A stretch of DNA of 64,000 nt, taken from positions 2,181 to 66,180 of the forward strand of contig CAYFFJ010000003.1 in the NCBI GenBank assembly GCA_964342395.1, written 5' to 3'. Under the pieces are notes generated by a model. That model saw only the letters and a program-made list of their open reading frames with translations, made no database searches and was not told the DNA's origin. A program made the position numbers and the translations under genes. Positions 20,215 through 29,099 of this stretch are shown piece by piece. Positions within the stretch are counted from its first letter, which is position 1. Every line of letters starts with the position of its first letter. The stretch is from an uncultured Hydrogenophaga sp. (GTDB lineage Bacteria; Pseudomonadota; Gammaproteobacteria; Burkholderiales; Burkholderiaceae_C).

Positions 20215-20249
20215 GCTGTCTGCGCTGCGCCGCAGCGCGGACAGCTCAC
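20211..20249. terminator. bidirectional hairpin between convergent iolB and a small ORF
   Basis: GTGAGCTGTCTGCGCTGCG-c-CGCAGCGCGGACAGCTCAC gives a stem of about 17-19 bp with one G-U pair. Both stop codons (20212-14 and 20246-48) lie in the arms. Confidence 0.6.
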
Positions 20250-20506
20250 TGGCCTTCGTGACGGTCGGCGGCGGCGTACAGGTCTTGTGCAAAGCCAGGA
20301 TCGCGGTCTTGCCAATCGAGTGCCATCGCGCGGATCTGTTCGGCCTCTTCGTGGGGCGTCAGCGTTCGGCTGGGCTTGGGCGCCGTTGCAGAAGCCCACT
20401 GCGCACCCAGCCAGCCCAGCACGCGCGCCACCAGCGAAGCTGCGCCCGGGCGAGCGGGGGTGAAAACGGGGGCGTGGCCGGAATTTGAGAGGGTGACGCT
20501 GGACAT
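20246..20506 (-). CDS. hypothetical small protein (86 aa)
   Basis: Start MSSVTLSNSG is preceded by GGAG, and GC3 is high like the neighbours. I recognise no family. The longer ORF 20246..20638 would overlap the upstream gene end. Confidence 0.35.
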   Translation of the reverse strand: MSSVTLSNSGHAPVFTPARPGAASLVARVLGWLGAQWASATAPKPSRTLTPHEEAEQIRAMALDWQDRDPGFAQDLYAAADRHEGQ

Positions 20507-20615
20507 CGTGCGCTCCGAGGAGAATTTGTTGCGGTGCACAAAGTATAGGGTAAACCCTAGTTTTATGTGCATCCGTTCGTCCAGATCCCTCGGCCGCGTG
20601 TCGATTTGGGCCTGT

Positions 20616-21641
20616 TCACAGCACCACGGGTTGCCCACTCAGGAACGACCGCTTGAGTGCGTGAGCGATGCGGGTGGCCTCGATGGCGTCTGTGAGATCG
20701 CCCGGCAGGGTGCCGGTGCCTCGACAGGCGGCCACAAACGCCCGCATCTCCTGTTGAAACGCCTGTTCAAAACGCGCATAGAAGTCGGGCAATGCCGGGT
20801 GGTGCACGCCCTGCGCCGAGCGGAAGGTGGTGGCACCCAGCTGGGCGCCGAATCCCACCTGCACCGTGCCTTCGGTGCCGATCACTTCCAGCGTGGTCTC
20901 GTGGCCGTGGGGCATGGTGCGGCTGGCGTACAGCACGGCGCGGGCGCCGCCCTCGAACTCGATGATGGCCAGGCCGTTGTCCACGTCGTCGTGCTGCGCG
21001 AGTTCCGGGTGGACCGCGTTGGTGCCGCTGGCGAACACTTTGGTGGCCTTGGGGTTGCCCAGCATCCAGCGGGCCAGATCGATGTCGTGCACGCTGCAGT
21101 CGTTGAAGATGCCGCCCGAGTTCGGGGAATAGCGCACGAAGGTGCCGCTGGGGTCGAGCCGATCGCAGGTCTGCGAGCGCACCAGGAAGGGCCGACCCAG
21201 CTCGCCGCGTTCGATGGCCGCGCGGGCGCGCACCAGATCGGGGTCGAAGCGCCGCTCGAAACCGACCATCACCACCTGCGCCGGGTGCGCGGCCGCGAGC
21301 CCGGCCAGGGTTTCGCAGGTGGCGACATCGAGCGACAGCGGCTTTTCCACGAACACATGTTTGCCGGCGCGCAAGGCGGCCTCGAACTGGCAGGCGTGTT
21401 CGGTGGTGGGGCTGGCCAGCACCACGGCGTCGATATCGGCGGTGGTGATGAAGTGGCTGAAATCCTGGTGGAGCTGCGTCACGCCCAGCTGGTCGCTGGC
21501 CCAGTCGAGGGCGCCGGGGCTGGGGTTGCAGGCGGCGGCAAGGCGGGCACCGGGCACGTGGTGGGCCAGGCATTCAGCATGGCGGCGTCCGAGACGGCCG
21601 AGGCCGACGATGCCGATGTTCAAGGGATTGGCGGATGTCAT
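20616..21641 (-). CDS. Gfo/Idh/MocA-family NAD(P)-dependent oxidoreductase, paralog B
   Basis: GIVGLGRLGRRH and FVEKPLSLDVATCE. Long identical blocks are shared with 7412..8434: RAGKHVFVEKPLSLDVATCE, FLVRSQTCD, CSVHDIDLARWMLGNPKAT, YASRTMPHGHETT. Confidence 0.85.
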   Translation of the reverse strand: MTSANPLNIGIVGLGRLGRRHAECLAHHVPGARLAAACNPSPGALDWASDQLGVTQLHQDFSHFITTADIDAVVLASPTTEHACQFEAALRAGKHVFVEKPLSLDVATCETLAGLAAAHPAQVVMVGFERRFDPDLVRARAAIERGELGRPFLVRSQTCDRLDPSGTFVRYSPNSGGIFNDCSVHDIDLARWMLGNPKATKVFASGTNAVHPELAQHDDVDNGLAIIEFEGGARAVLYASRTMPHGHETTLEVIGTEGTVQVGFGAQLGATTFRSAQGVHHPALPDFYARFEQAFQQEMRAFVAACRGTGTLPGDLTDAIEATRIAHALKRSFLSGQPVVL

Positions 21642-21656
21642 CGGGAGGTCCTTTGT

Positions 21657-22832
21657 TCAGTTGAGGCGGCGTTCGGCCAGCGTGTCCATGTGGCGCTGGA
21701 ACTGTTCGGGTGGCCAGGCTGCTTGCAGCGCGCGCTGCATCACCGCCTGCGGGCTCTCGGGGGCCAGGCCGCCGAGCGGCGGGTCGCGGTCCAGGTTGGT
21801 CGGGAAGGCGTAGCCCTCGGCACTGGCGGCCACGGCGCGCGCGGCGGCAGGCCAGTCGAGCTGGCCGTCTTGCAGCAGGGCCAGCAGCTGCGGGTACAGG
21901 GCCAGCGCCATGCGGTGCCTGTCCACGGTTTCCATTGCACGGCCGAAGGCGGACGACACCTGCAGCAGGTTGGCCATGCGCTGGATGCCCGCCGAGCGGT
22001 TCTCGCCCGCCGCGTGCAGCAGGGCCGGGTTGAAAAACACCGCGTCGCCCTTGGCCAGTGGCAGCTGCACACGGTGCTGTTCAAAGTGCGCCCGGAAGTC
22101 GGCGCGCTCGGCCACCAGGTAGCCGTGACTGAACTTATGTGAGTGGGGCAGGTAGAGCGTGGGCCCGCTCTCCAGCGGCATGTTCACGTGCGCCACCGCA
22201 CCCTGCAGCGTCAGCATGGGCGAGAGGCGGTGGGCATGGGCCGGGTAGGCCTCGGCTTGCGCGGCGGTGCAAAAGCCCAGGTGGTAGTCGCGGTGGGGCA
22301 TCTGCGCCGCGCCGCCGGGCCGCACGTTGTTGACCTGCGAAGTCACCTGGTAGCCCGGGCCCAGCCAGGCGTGGCTGGCGAGCGCGATCATGTCGTTAGC
22401 GTAATAGCGGGCAAACAGGGCCGGGTCGAGCAGGCAGAGTTTTTCCAGCGCGTTCCACACCCGGTCGTTGGCCCCGGCCTTAGCGAAGTGGTCGCCGCCG
22501 GTTTGGCCGTGGCGCTCGGATTCGATGATGGCCTGGAAGCGCTGGGAGACAGCATCCACCAGCGCGCAGTCGGGCAGGGCGCCCTGCAGCACCAGGATGC
22601 CGGGGCCGTGTTCCCAGACCCAGGCCCATTCGGCCATCAGGGCCGAACGGAAGCCGTCATTGCCGAGCAATTGCGTGCGCACGGCAGCGCAGTCATAGAC
22701 CGGCACGTCGTGGGTGGTGTGCGCGGCGTTCGGGCAGTCCCGCGGATCGGTCTTCTGGGCGAGAACGGCTTGCAGATCGTCGAGGCGTGCGTCGCTGGCG
22801 CGCAGGCCGTGCCGGTGAAGGGGCTGGGTCAT
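21657..22832 (-). CDS. phytanoyl-CoA dioxygenase (PhyH)-family Fe(II)/2-oxoglutarate oxygenase
   Basis: Start MTQPLHRHG follows GGAGAC. HxD motif in MPHRDYHLG and a distal His in ALLHAAGEN. It lies 16 bp upstream of Gfo paralog B. Confidence 0.65.
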   Translation of the reverse strand: MTQPLHRHGLRASDARLDDLQAVLAQKTDPRDCPNAAHTTHDVPVYDCAAVRTQLLGNDGFRSALMAEWAWVWEHGPGILVLQGALPDCALVDAVSQRFQAIIESERHGQTGGDHFAKAGANDRVWNALEKLCLLDPALFARYYANDMIALASHAWLGPGYQVTSQVNNVRPGGAAQMPHRDYHLGFCTAAQAEAYPAHAHRLSPMLTLQGAVAHVNMPLESGPTLYLPHSHKFSHGYLVAERADFRAHFEQHRVQLPLAKGDAVFFNPALLHAAGENRSAGIQRMANLLQVSSAFGRAMETVDRHRMALALYPQLLALLQDGQLDWPAAARAVAASAEGYAFPTNLDRDPPLGGLAPESPQAVMQRALQAAWPPEQFQRHMDTLAERRLN

Positions 22833-22942
22833 GTTGTCTCCTAGTGGCTGTGGGCCCAGTCTAGGGAACCGGGTGCCTTCCAAGGGCCGACAAACACCTC
22901 AAAAACACCTCAGAATCCATCACTGAATTTACCAACATTCCC

Positions 22943-24007
22943 ATGCGCAATGGCGCACCCACAAAGAGCGACACCGTGGCCCATGACTTCGCGATGAAAG
23001 AGCTGGCCCTGCAGGCTGGCGTGAGCCTGGCCACGGTAGACCGCGTGCTGCACCAGCGGCCCGGCGTGCGCGCGGCCACGCAGCGGCGGGTGCAGCAGGC
23101 CTGGGCCGAGCTGGAGCGACAGCAGCAACAGGTGGGCTTGCGGGGGCAGCGCTTGCTGATCGATCTGGTGATGGAAACGCCGACCCGTTTTTCCCGCATG
23201 GTGCGCGGCGCGCTGGACGAGGCCATGCGGCGCACGCAGCCGGCGGTGTTCCGCGCCCGCGATCACCTGGCCGAAACCCTGAGTGCCGAACAATGGGTGG
23301 CGGTGCTCGACGGGATTGCCCGCCGGGGCAGCCACGGCGTGCTGCTCAAGGCGCCGGACCTGCCGGCGGTGGCCGATGCCGTGGCGCGGCTGCGGGAGCG
23401 CCGCATTCCCGTCATCACCCTGGTCACCGATGTGCCGTCGGCGCCCCGGCTGTCATACGTGGGGTTGGACAACCGCTGCGCCGGCCAGACGGCGGCCTAC
23501 CTGACAGGCCAGTGGTTGGGCGCGCGGGGCTGCGATGTGCTGGTGTCCAGCAGCGGGCAGCGCTTTCAGGGCGAAGGCGAACGTATCGTGGCGTTTCGTG
23601 AAGCGCTGGCCGCCACGCGCCCCGACTGTGGCGTGCAGGTGCTGGACGCGGGGCAGGGCCTGCACGCGCCCACGGTGGCGGCGGTGGAGCGCCTGCTGAC
23701 GCATCAGCCGGAAATCGCGGCGGTGTACTCGGTGGGCGGCGCCAACGCGGCGATTCGCGCGGCGTTCGAGCGGGCGGGGCGGGCCTGCCGCGTGTTCATC
23801 GGGCACGACCTGGACGACGACAACCTCGCCCTGCTGGGGAAACGGCAGCTGTCGGCGGTGCTCCACCACGATCTGCACCACGACCTGTATCTGGCCTGCC
23901 ATCTGCTGATGCAGCACCACGGCGCGGCGCCCAGTGCGGCGACACCGACGCGCTCGAACGTAGAGGTGATCACGCCCTTCAACCTGCCAGTCAACCTGTC
24001 GCGTTGA
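22943..24007 (+). CDS. LacI-family transcriptional regulator
   Basis: HTH MKELALQAGVSLATVDRVLHQRPGV followed by a periplasmic-binding-like sugar domain. It is divergent from the PhyH-Gfo operon. An alternative start exists at 22994. Confidence 0.8.
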   Translation: MRNGAPTKSDTVAHDFAMKELALQAGVSLATVDRVLHQRPGVRAATQRRVQQAWAELERQQQQVGLRGQRLLIDLVMETPTRFSRMVRGALDEAMRRTQPAVFRARDHLAETLSAEQWVAVLDGIARRGSHGVLLKAPDLPAVADAVARLRERRIPVITLVTDVPSAPRLSYVGLDNRCAGQTAAYLTGQWLGARGCDVLVSSSGQRFQGEGERIVAFREALAATRPDCGVQVLDAGQGLHAPTVAAVERLLTHQPEIAAVYSVGGANAAIRAAFERAGRACRVFIGHDLDDDNLALLGKRQLSAVLHHDLHHDLYLACHLLMQHHGAAPSAATPTRSNVEVITPFNLPVNLSR

Positions 24008-24031
24008 CGGGCTGTTCGGATCGGGCGGTGT

Positions 24032-24988
24032 TCACAGCCCCTCGGCAAACCCCGGCGCCAGCGTCTCCCGCAGGTGGGCCACAAAGGCGGTGACGGCTCG
24101 TGGCACGTGGGCCGAATACGGGCGGATCGCGTAGAGCTGTTCGGCGAACGCGCCCACCGGTTTCCATGCGGGCAGCACCTGCACCAGCTTGCCCGCCAGC
24201 AGGCAGGACTGAGCCGTGAAGTCGGGCAGCAGCGCAATGCCCAGTCCGCTGAGCGCTGCGTCGCGCAACGCCTCGCTGTTGTTGGCCGCCAGCGATCCAG
24301 AGACCGGCACCGTCACCCGTTCAATGCCCAGGCTGGGGTGCTGCGGCTCCAGCGTCCAGGCCGGGGTGTCTTGCGAGCGCGGGTAGTGCAGGCAGTTGTG
24401 GTTCACCAGATCGCCGGGCAGCGCAGGTGTGCCGAGTTTGCGCAAATAGGCACGGCTGGCCACCAGCACGGAACGGGTGGCGCACAGCGTCCAGGCCACA
24501 TGGGTATCGGGCGGGTGGGCGGTGTGGCGGATGGCCAGGTCGAAGCCCTCCGTGGCCAACGACGAGAGCCGGTCTGCCATGTCCAACTCCAGCCGCACCT
24601 CCGGGTACTGGCGCAAAAACTCTGGCAAGCGCGGCACCAGCTGCTGGCGTGCAAACGCCACCGGGGCCGTGACCCGAAGCAGCCCGCGTGGGGCCCCTGC
24701 CGCGTCACGCACCTGTGCAAAACACTGGGCAATGTGTTCGAACGACGTGCGGGTGTCGTCCACCAGGCGCTGGCCCGCTTCCGTCAACCGCACACTGCGC
24801 GTGGTGCGCTGAACCAACGCCACACCCGCCAGCCGCTCCAGTTCGGCCACGCGTTGGCTCACCGCAGCCTTGCTCACCCCAAGCCGTGCCGCTGCTGCGG
24901 TGTAGCTGCCCTGCTGGGCCAACACGCCAAGCCAATGGAAGTGCCCCCAGAGTTCCTGGCGTTTCTCTTGAATTTGTGGTTCGACCAT
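24032..24988 (-). CDS. LysR-family transcriptional regulator (mmsA/iolA activator candidate)
   Basis: HTH GSYTAAAARLGVSKAAVSQRVAELERLAGVALVQR. It is divergent from mmsA. Start 24988 is preferred over 25015 because an inverted repeat lies immediately upstream. Confidence 0.8.
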   Translation of the reverse strand: MVEPQIQEKRQELWGHFHWLGVLAQQGSYTAAAARLGVSKAAVSQRVAELERLAGVALVQRTTRSVRLTEAGQRLVDDTRTSFEHIAQCFAQVRDAAGAPRGLLRVTAPVAFARQQLVPRLPEFLRQYPEVRLELDMADRLSSLATEGFDLAIRHTAHPPDTHVAWTLCATRSVLVASRAYLRKLGTPALPGDLVNHNCLHYPRSQDTPAWTLEPQHPSLGIERVTVPVSGSLAANNSEALRDAALSGLGIALLPDFTAQSCLLAGKLVQVLPAWKPVGAFAEQLYAIRPYSAHVPRAVTAFVAHLRETLAPGFAEGL

Positions 24989-24991
24989 GGG

Positions 24992-25019
24992 TTGATTGTT
25001 CACCAAACCAAACAATCAA
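24992..25019. promoter_or_regulatory. inverted repeat TTGATTGTT-N10-AACAATCAA, candidate LysR site
   Basis: Perfect 9-bp arms in the LysR/mmsA divergent region. Confidence 0.4.
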
Positions 25020-25097
25020 TTCAAATTTTCGCACTTGTACCGGGTGAATGCCCTGCTTAAACTGCCCTGGCACGTTCCAACACCCCCTCAAAAAACC

Positions 25098-26606
25098 ATG
25101 ACCACTTTCATTGCCCACCACATCAATGGCGCCACCAGCGCCGGTTCTTCCAGCCGCACACAAGAGGTGTTCAACCCCGCCACCGGCGCTGTGACCGGCC
25201 AAGTGGCGTTGGCCAACGCCGCCGACGTGGACACCGCTGTTGCCGCCGCCCAGGCGGCGTTTGCGGCCTGGTCCAACACGCCCCCGATTCGCCGCGCCCG
25301 CGTGATGTTCAAGTTCCTCGAACTGCTGAACAAGAACAAGGACGAACTCGCCCGCATGATCACGGCCGAACACGGCAAAGTGTTCACCGACGCACAAGGC
25401 GAGGTGGCGCGTGGCATCGACATCGTCGAATTTGCCTGCGGCATTCCACAACTGCTCAAAGGCGATTTCACCGACCAGGTGTCCACCGGCATGGACAACT
25501 GGACCCTTCGGCAGCCGCTGGGCGTGGTCGCGGGCATCACGCCTTTCAACTTCCCGGTCATGGTGCCCATGTGGATGTTTCCTGTGGCCATTGCTGCGGG
25601 CAACACGTTCATCCTCAAACCCAGCCCAACCGATCCGACACCCAGCTTGTTCATGGCCGACCTGCTCAGGCAGGCGGGCTTGCCCAACGGCGTTTTCAAT
25701 GTGGTGCAAGGGGACAAGGAAGCGGTAGATGCCTTGCTGGTTCACCCCGATGTGAAGGCCATCAGCTTTGTGGGCTCCACGCCGATCGCCAACTACATTT
25801 ACGAAACCGGTGCCCGTCACGGCAAACGCGTGCAGGCGTTGGGCGGGGCCAAAAACCACATGGTGGTGATGCCCGACGCCGACCTGGACCAGGCTGTGGA
25901 CGCACTGATTGGCGCGGCCTACGGGTCTGCCGGTGAGCGTTGCATGGCCATTTCCGTGGCCGTTCTGGTGGGCGATGTGGCCGAGAAAATCATGCCCAAG
26001 CTGGTTGAGCGCACCCAGACGCTGAAAGTGCTCAATGGCAACAACCTGGCCGCTGAAATGGGCCCCATCGTGACCCGGGCGGCACACGAGCGCATCAACG
26101 GCTACATCGACGCGGGTGTGAAGCAAGGCGCTGACATGCTGGTGGACGGGCGCCAGTTCGATGCCAGGCAGGCCGGCGAAGGCTGTGAGGGCGGGTTCTG
26201 GATGGGCGGCACGCTGTTCGACAACGTGACCCCTGACATGCGCATCTACCAAGAAGAAATCTTCGGCCCGGTGCTGAGCTGTGTGCGCGTGGCCGATTTC
26301 GGTGCAGCCGTGCAGCTGATCAACGACCACGAATTCGGCAACGGCACGTCGTGCTTCACCCGCGACGGCAACGTGGCACGCGAATTTGCCCGTTGCATTC
26401 AGGTGGGCATGGTCGGCATCAACGTCCCCATTCCGGTGCCCATGGCCTGGCACGGCTTTGGTGGCTGGAAAAAGAGCTTGTTCGGTGACATGCACGCCTA
26501 CGGAGAAGAAGGCGTGCGGTTCTACACCAAGCAAAAATCCATCATGCAGCGTTGGCCGGAAAGCATCGGCAAAGGGGCCGAGTTCGTCATGCCAACGGCA
26601 AAATGA
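25098..26606 (+). CDS. mmsA: CoA-acylating methylmalonate/malonate-semialdehyde dehydrogenase
   Basis: Start at [17 protein letters not shown] hallmarks: [27 protein letters not shown], catalytic GERCMA and C-terminal [11 protein letters not shown]. Confidence 0.9.
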   Translation: MTTFIAHHINGATSAGSSSRTQEVFNPATGAVTGQVALANAADVDTAVAAAQAAFAAWSNTPPIRRARVMFKFLELLNKNKDELARMITAEHGKVFTDAQGEVARGIDIVEFACGIPQLLKGDFTDQVSTGMDNWTLRQPLGVVAGITPFNFPVMVPMWMFPVAIAAGNTFILKPSPTDPTPSLFMADLLRQAGLPNGVFNVVQGDKEAVDALLVHPDVKAISFVGSTPIANYIYETGARHGKRVQALGGAKNHMVVMPDADLDQAVDALIGAAYGSAGERCMAISVAVLVGDVAEKIMPKLVERTQTLKVLNGNNLAAEMGPIVTRAAHERINGYIDAGVKQGADMLVDGRQFDARQAGEGCEGGFWMGGTLFDNVTPDMRIYQEEIFGPVLSCVRVADFGAAVQLINDHEFGNGTSCFTRDGNVAREFARCIQVGMVGINVPIPVPMAWHGFGGWKKSLFGDMHAYGEEGVRFYTKQKSIMQRWPESIGKGAEFVMPTAK

Positions 26607-26614
26607 CGCAGGGA

Positions 26615-26647
26615 CTCAGCTCAACACCACGCTGGACAACCGGCGGC
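26615..26647. repeat. 33-bp direct repeat, left copy (duplicate of the ybbN-like 3' end)
   Basis: CTCAGCTCAACACCACGCTGGACAACCGGCGGC is identical to 27498-27530. Confidence 0.9.
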
Positions 26648-26696
26648 ACGGGTTGGGGCTGGCGGTGGGCTGAGCGCCCTCACCCACCAAAAACCT

Positions 26697-27488
26697 TCAC
26701 TGGGTGGGTGCCACCACCACTTGTTTGAGCCAATCCGCCACCTGATCCACGGCCACATCGGGCGTGTTGGCATGGCCCGCCTCGACCACCAGGTAGCGGC
26801 TCAGCGGGTGGGGAGGTGCCTTGGCATAAATGAAGGCCTCACCCGCCCGGAACAGTGGGTCCCCCGTTCCAATGACCCACAAAAATGGCACAGGCTTTTT
26901 GAACTCGCTGGCGGTTTTGGGCATGTGGCCCAGGCCGTTGGGGTCGAAATAGCTCCACAGCGATGCGGCGGGCATGCGAATGCTTTCGCGCCGCCCCTGG
27001 TTCAGGTCGTCCATGGTGACTGACTCGTCGCCCTTGCCCAGCGCCACCAGGTCACGGGCCTTGTCCACCGCCTCTTTGCCAATGCCTTGCGAGTAGCTGT
27101 ATTGGGGCGAGTGGCCCGCCGCCAGGGCAATCACGCCATCGGCATCGCCCTTGGTGGCCATGTAGGCCAAGGCTGCGTTGGCCCCAAAACTGTGCCCCGC
27201 CAGCACCACCCTGCGATAGCCCTCGGTGCGAAACGCCTGCACCGCCTTGGCAACGTCGTCAAGCGCCACGGGGTAGGGCTGGTCATAGGCGCGCCGCCTG
27301 GCCCAGGGCATTTCAATGGATTTGTAGGCACACACAGGTTCCAGCCGTCGCCCCAAATGGATCAAATGCTGTGGATTGCCCCACTTGCCATGCATCAACA
27401 CCACCGCACAGGCTTTTTCATCGGCCCGCGCCACCACGGGGCTGGCCAGCCCCCAAGCAAGCACAGCCAGGGCAAGCGGCTTCAGCAT
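26697..27488 (-). CDS. secreted alpha/beta-fold hydrolase
   Basis: Signal peptide MLKPLALAVLAWGLASPVVARA and nucleophile elbow GHSFGA. The gene is bracketed by the 33-bp direct repeats. Confidence 0.75.
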   Translation of the reverse strand: MLKPLALAVLAWGLASPVVARADEKACAVVLMHGKWGNPQHLIHLGRRLEPVCAYKSIEMPWARRRAYDQPYPVALDDVAKAVQAFRTEGYRRVVLAGHSFGANAALAYMATKGDADGVIALAAGHSPQYSYSQGIGKEAVDKARDLVALGKGDESVTMDDLNQGRRESIRMPAASLWSYFDPNGLGHMPKTASEFKKPVPFLWVIGTGDPLFRAGEAFIYAKAPPHPLSRYLVVEAGHANTPDVAVDQVADWLKQVVVAPTQ

Positions 27489-27497
27489 GGATCGCTC

Positions 27498-27530
27498 CTC
27501 AGCTCAACACCACGCTGGACAACCGGCGGC
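27498..27530. repeat. 33-bp direct repeat, right copy (encodes the ybbN-like C-terminus RRRLSSVVLS plus stop)
   Basis: Identical to 26615-26647. Confidence 0.9.
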
Positions 27531-28407
27531 GGTAGGTGACCACCGTGGGGTCTTCGGGGGGAATCTGCCCCTCGGCGACCTTGGGCTTGGGCGGCTCGAT
27601 GATGTCGAGCACGGCCACGTAGGTTTTGCGGGCCAGGTCGCTGTTCCAGGTTTTGTCGCGCATCAAAATTTCCAGCAGCTCGTCCATGGCGTCGGTCCAG
27701 CGCTGCTCGGCCATGCGCAATTGGGCAATGCCGAAGCGGGCATCAAAGTCGCGCTTGTTGGCGGCAATTTTTGAAAGAAATTGGGCCTCAGCGCTTGTCT
27801 GGTCTGCGAAGTGCGCTACAGAATCAAGCGCTTTGATCCAGTGGTTCAGCGAATCGAGCTTGCGCACACCGGCGGCTTTGGCAATGACCGGGGCAAAGGC
27901 CACCTTGGCCTCGTCTTCCAGGCCCATTTCCAGCAGCAGCTTGACCAGGTCGAAGCGGGCGTCGTCGTTGTTGGGGTCGGTTTCCACGGCCTGTTGCAGC
28001 TTGTTCAGGGCGGCTTCCACATCGCCGTCGTCCAGGGCTTGCAGGGCCTCTTCTTCCTCGGCCTGGGCTTCCAGCTCGTTTTCGGCGGGCACGTGCTTGT
28101 CCAGGAACGCCTTCACCTGGCCTTCGGACTGCGCCCCCATGAAACCGTCCGCCGGCTTGCCGCCCACCATCAGCACACAGGTGGGAATGCTGCGGATGCC
28201 AAAGGCACCCGCCAACTCTTGTTCTTCGTCGGAATTGATTTTCACCAGCTTGAAGCGGCCGTTGTAGGCGGCTTCAAGCTTCTCCAGCACAGGCCCCAGC
28301 GATTTGCAGGGGCCGCACCAGGGGGCCCAGAAGTCCACCAGCACCGGGGTGGTCATGGAGGCTTCGACCACCTCGGTTTCAAAATTGGCAACGGTCACGT
28401 CGATCAT
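27499..28407 (-). CDS. thioredoxin-domain/TPR co-chaperone, YbbN(CnoX)-like
   Basis: Start at MIDVTVANFETEV with WAPWCGPCK. The C-terminal half is a helical TPR-like domain. The 5' extension of ORF 27499..28701 is rejected. Confidence 0.85.
   Translation of the reverse strand: MIDVTVANFETEVVEASMTTPVLVDFWAPWCGPCKSLGPVLEKLEAAYNGRFKLVKINSDEEQELAGAFGIRSIPTCVLMVGGKPADGFMGAQSEGQVKAFLDKHVPAENELEAQAEEEEALQALDDGDVEAALNKLQQAVETDPNNDDARFDLVKLLLEMGLEDEAKVAFAPVIAKAAGVRKLDSLNHWIKALDSVAHFADQTSAEAQFLSKIAANKRDFDARFGIAQLRMAEQRWTDAMDELLEILMRDKTWNSDLARKTYVAVLDIIEPPKPKVAEGQIPPEDPTVVTYRRRLSSVVLS
27763..27825 (-). repeat. interspersed repeat copy R7 (inside the ybbN-like CDS, in frame)
   Basis: In forward orientation: GTAGCGCAC..CAGACCAGACAAGCGCTGAGGCCCAATTTCTTTCAAAAATTGCC. 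It is translated as SVAHFADQTSAEAQFLSKIA. Confidence 0.6.
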
Positions 28408-28546
28408 GGCAAGGCACCTGGCTGAAGGGGAAAACGGAAGAAAACGGGGCAAAAAGTAGAATGGCGACTTTACCGGAAGCGCCTCACAGCCCCCCGTTTG
28501 CCACCGGCCCGCGCCCCCCGCCGGGCCACCCGCCCCCTTCGTTGCC

Positions 28547-29071
28547 ATGACCGAACACGCCACCCCCACCTCCGCCACCGCCATCCAGATCGGGGTGGTC
28601 ATGGGCTCCAGCAGCGACTGGGACACCATGCAACACGCGGTGGACATCCTCCAGCAGTTCGGCATTGCCCACGAGGCCCGCGTGGTCTCGGCCCACCGCA
28701 TGCCCGACGACCTGTTTGCCTACGCCGAAAGCGCCGGGCCACGCGGCCTGACCGCCATCATTGCCGGGGCGGGCGGTGCCGCCCACCTGCCGGGCATGCT
28801 GGCCGCCAAAACCACCGTGCCCGTGCTGGGTGTGCCCGTGGCCAGCCGCCACCTGCAAGGCGTGGATTCGCTGCACAGCATCGTGCAAATGCCCAAGGGC
28901 ATTCCGGTGGCCACGTTTGCCATTGGCAACGCCGGGGCGGCCAACGCCGCGCTGTTTGCCGTGGCCATGCTGGCAGGGCAAGACCCCGCGCTGCAGGCCC
29001 GCTTGCAAGCCTTCCGCACCGCCCAGACCGAAGCCGCCCGCGCCATGGTGGTGCCACCGGTGGCCTCTTGA
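28547..29071 (+). CDS. purE: 5-(carboxyamino)imidazole ribonucleotide mutase
   Basis: [14 protein letters not shown] and [10 protein letters not shown] motifs. Confidence 0.95.
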   Translation: MTEHATPTSATAIQIGVVMGSSSDWDTMQHAVDILQQFGIAHEARVVSAHRMPDDLFAYAESAGPRGLTAIIAGAGGAAHLPGMLAAKTTVPVLGVPVASRHLQGVDSLHSIVQMPKGIPVATFAIGNAGAANAALFAVAMLAGQDPALQARLQAFRTAQTEAARAMVVPPVAS

Positions 29072-29099
29072 TCCGTTTGACCTTGCCCGCGCCCCCGAC

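Noticed and set aside
24989-25097. Possible ninth copy of the interspersed repeat in the LysR/mmsA intergenic region (AAACAATCAATTCAAATTTTCGCACTTG)
   Set aside because: It shows only loose AT-rich resemblance and lacks the CAGACAAGCG-TAGGC core. It is better explained as a LysR-type inverted repeat and promoter DNA.
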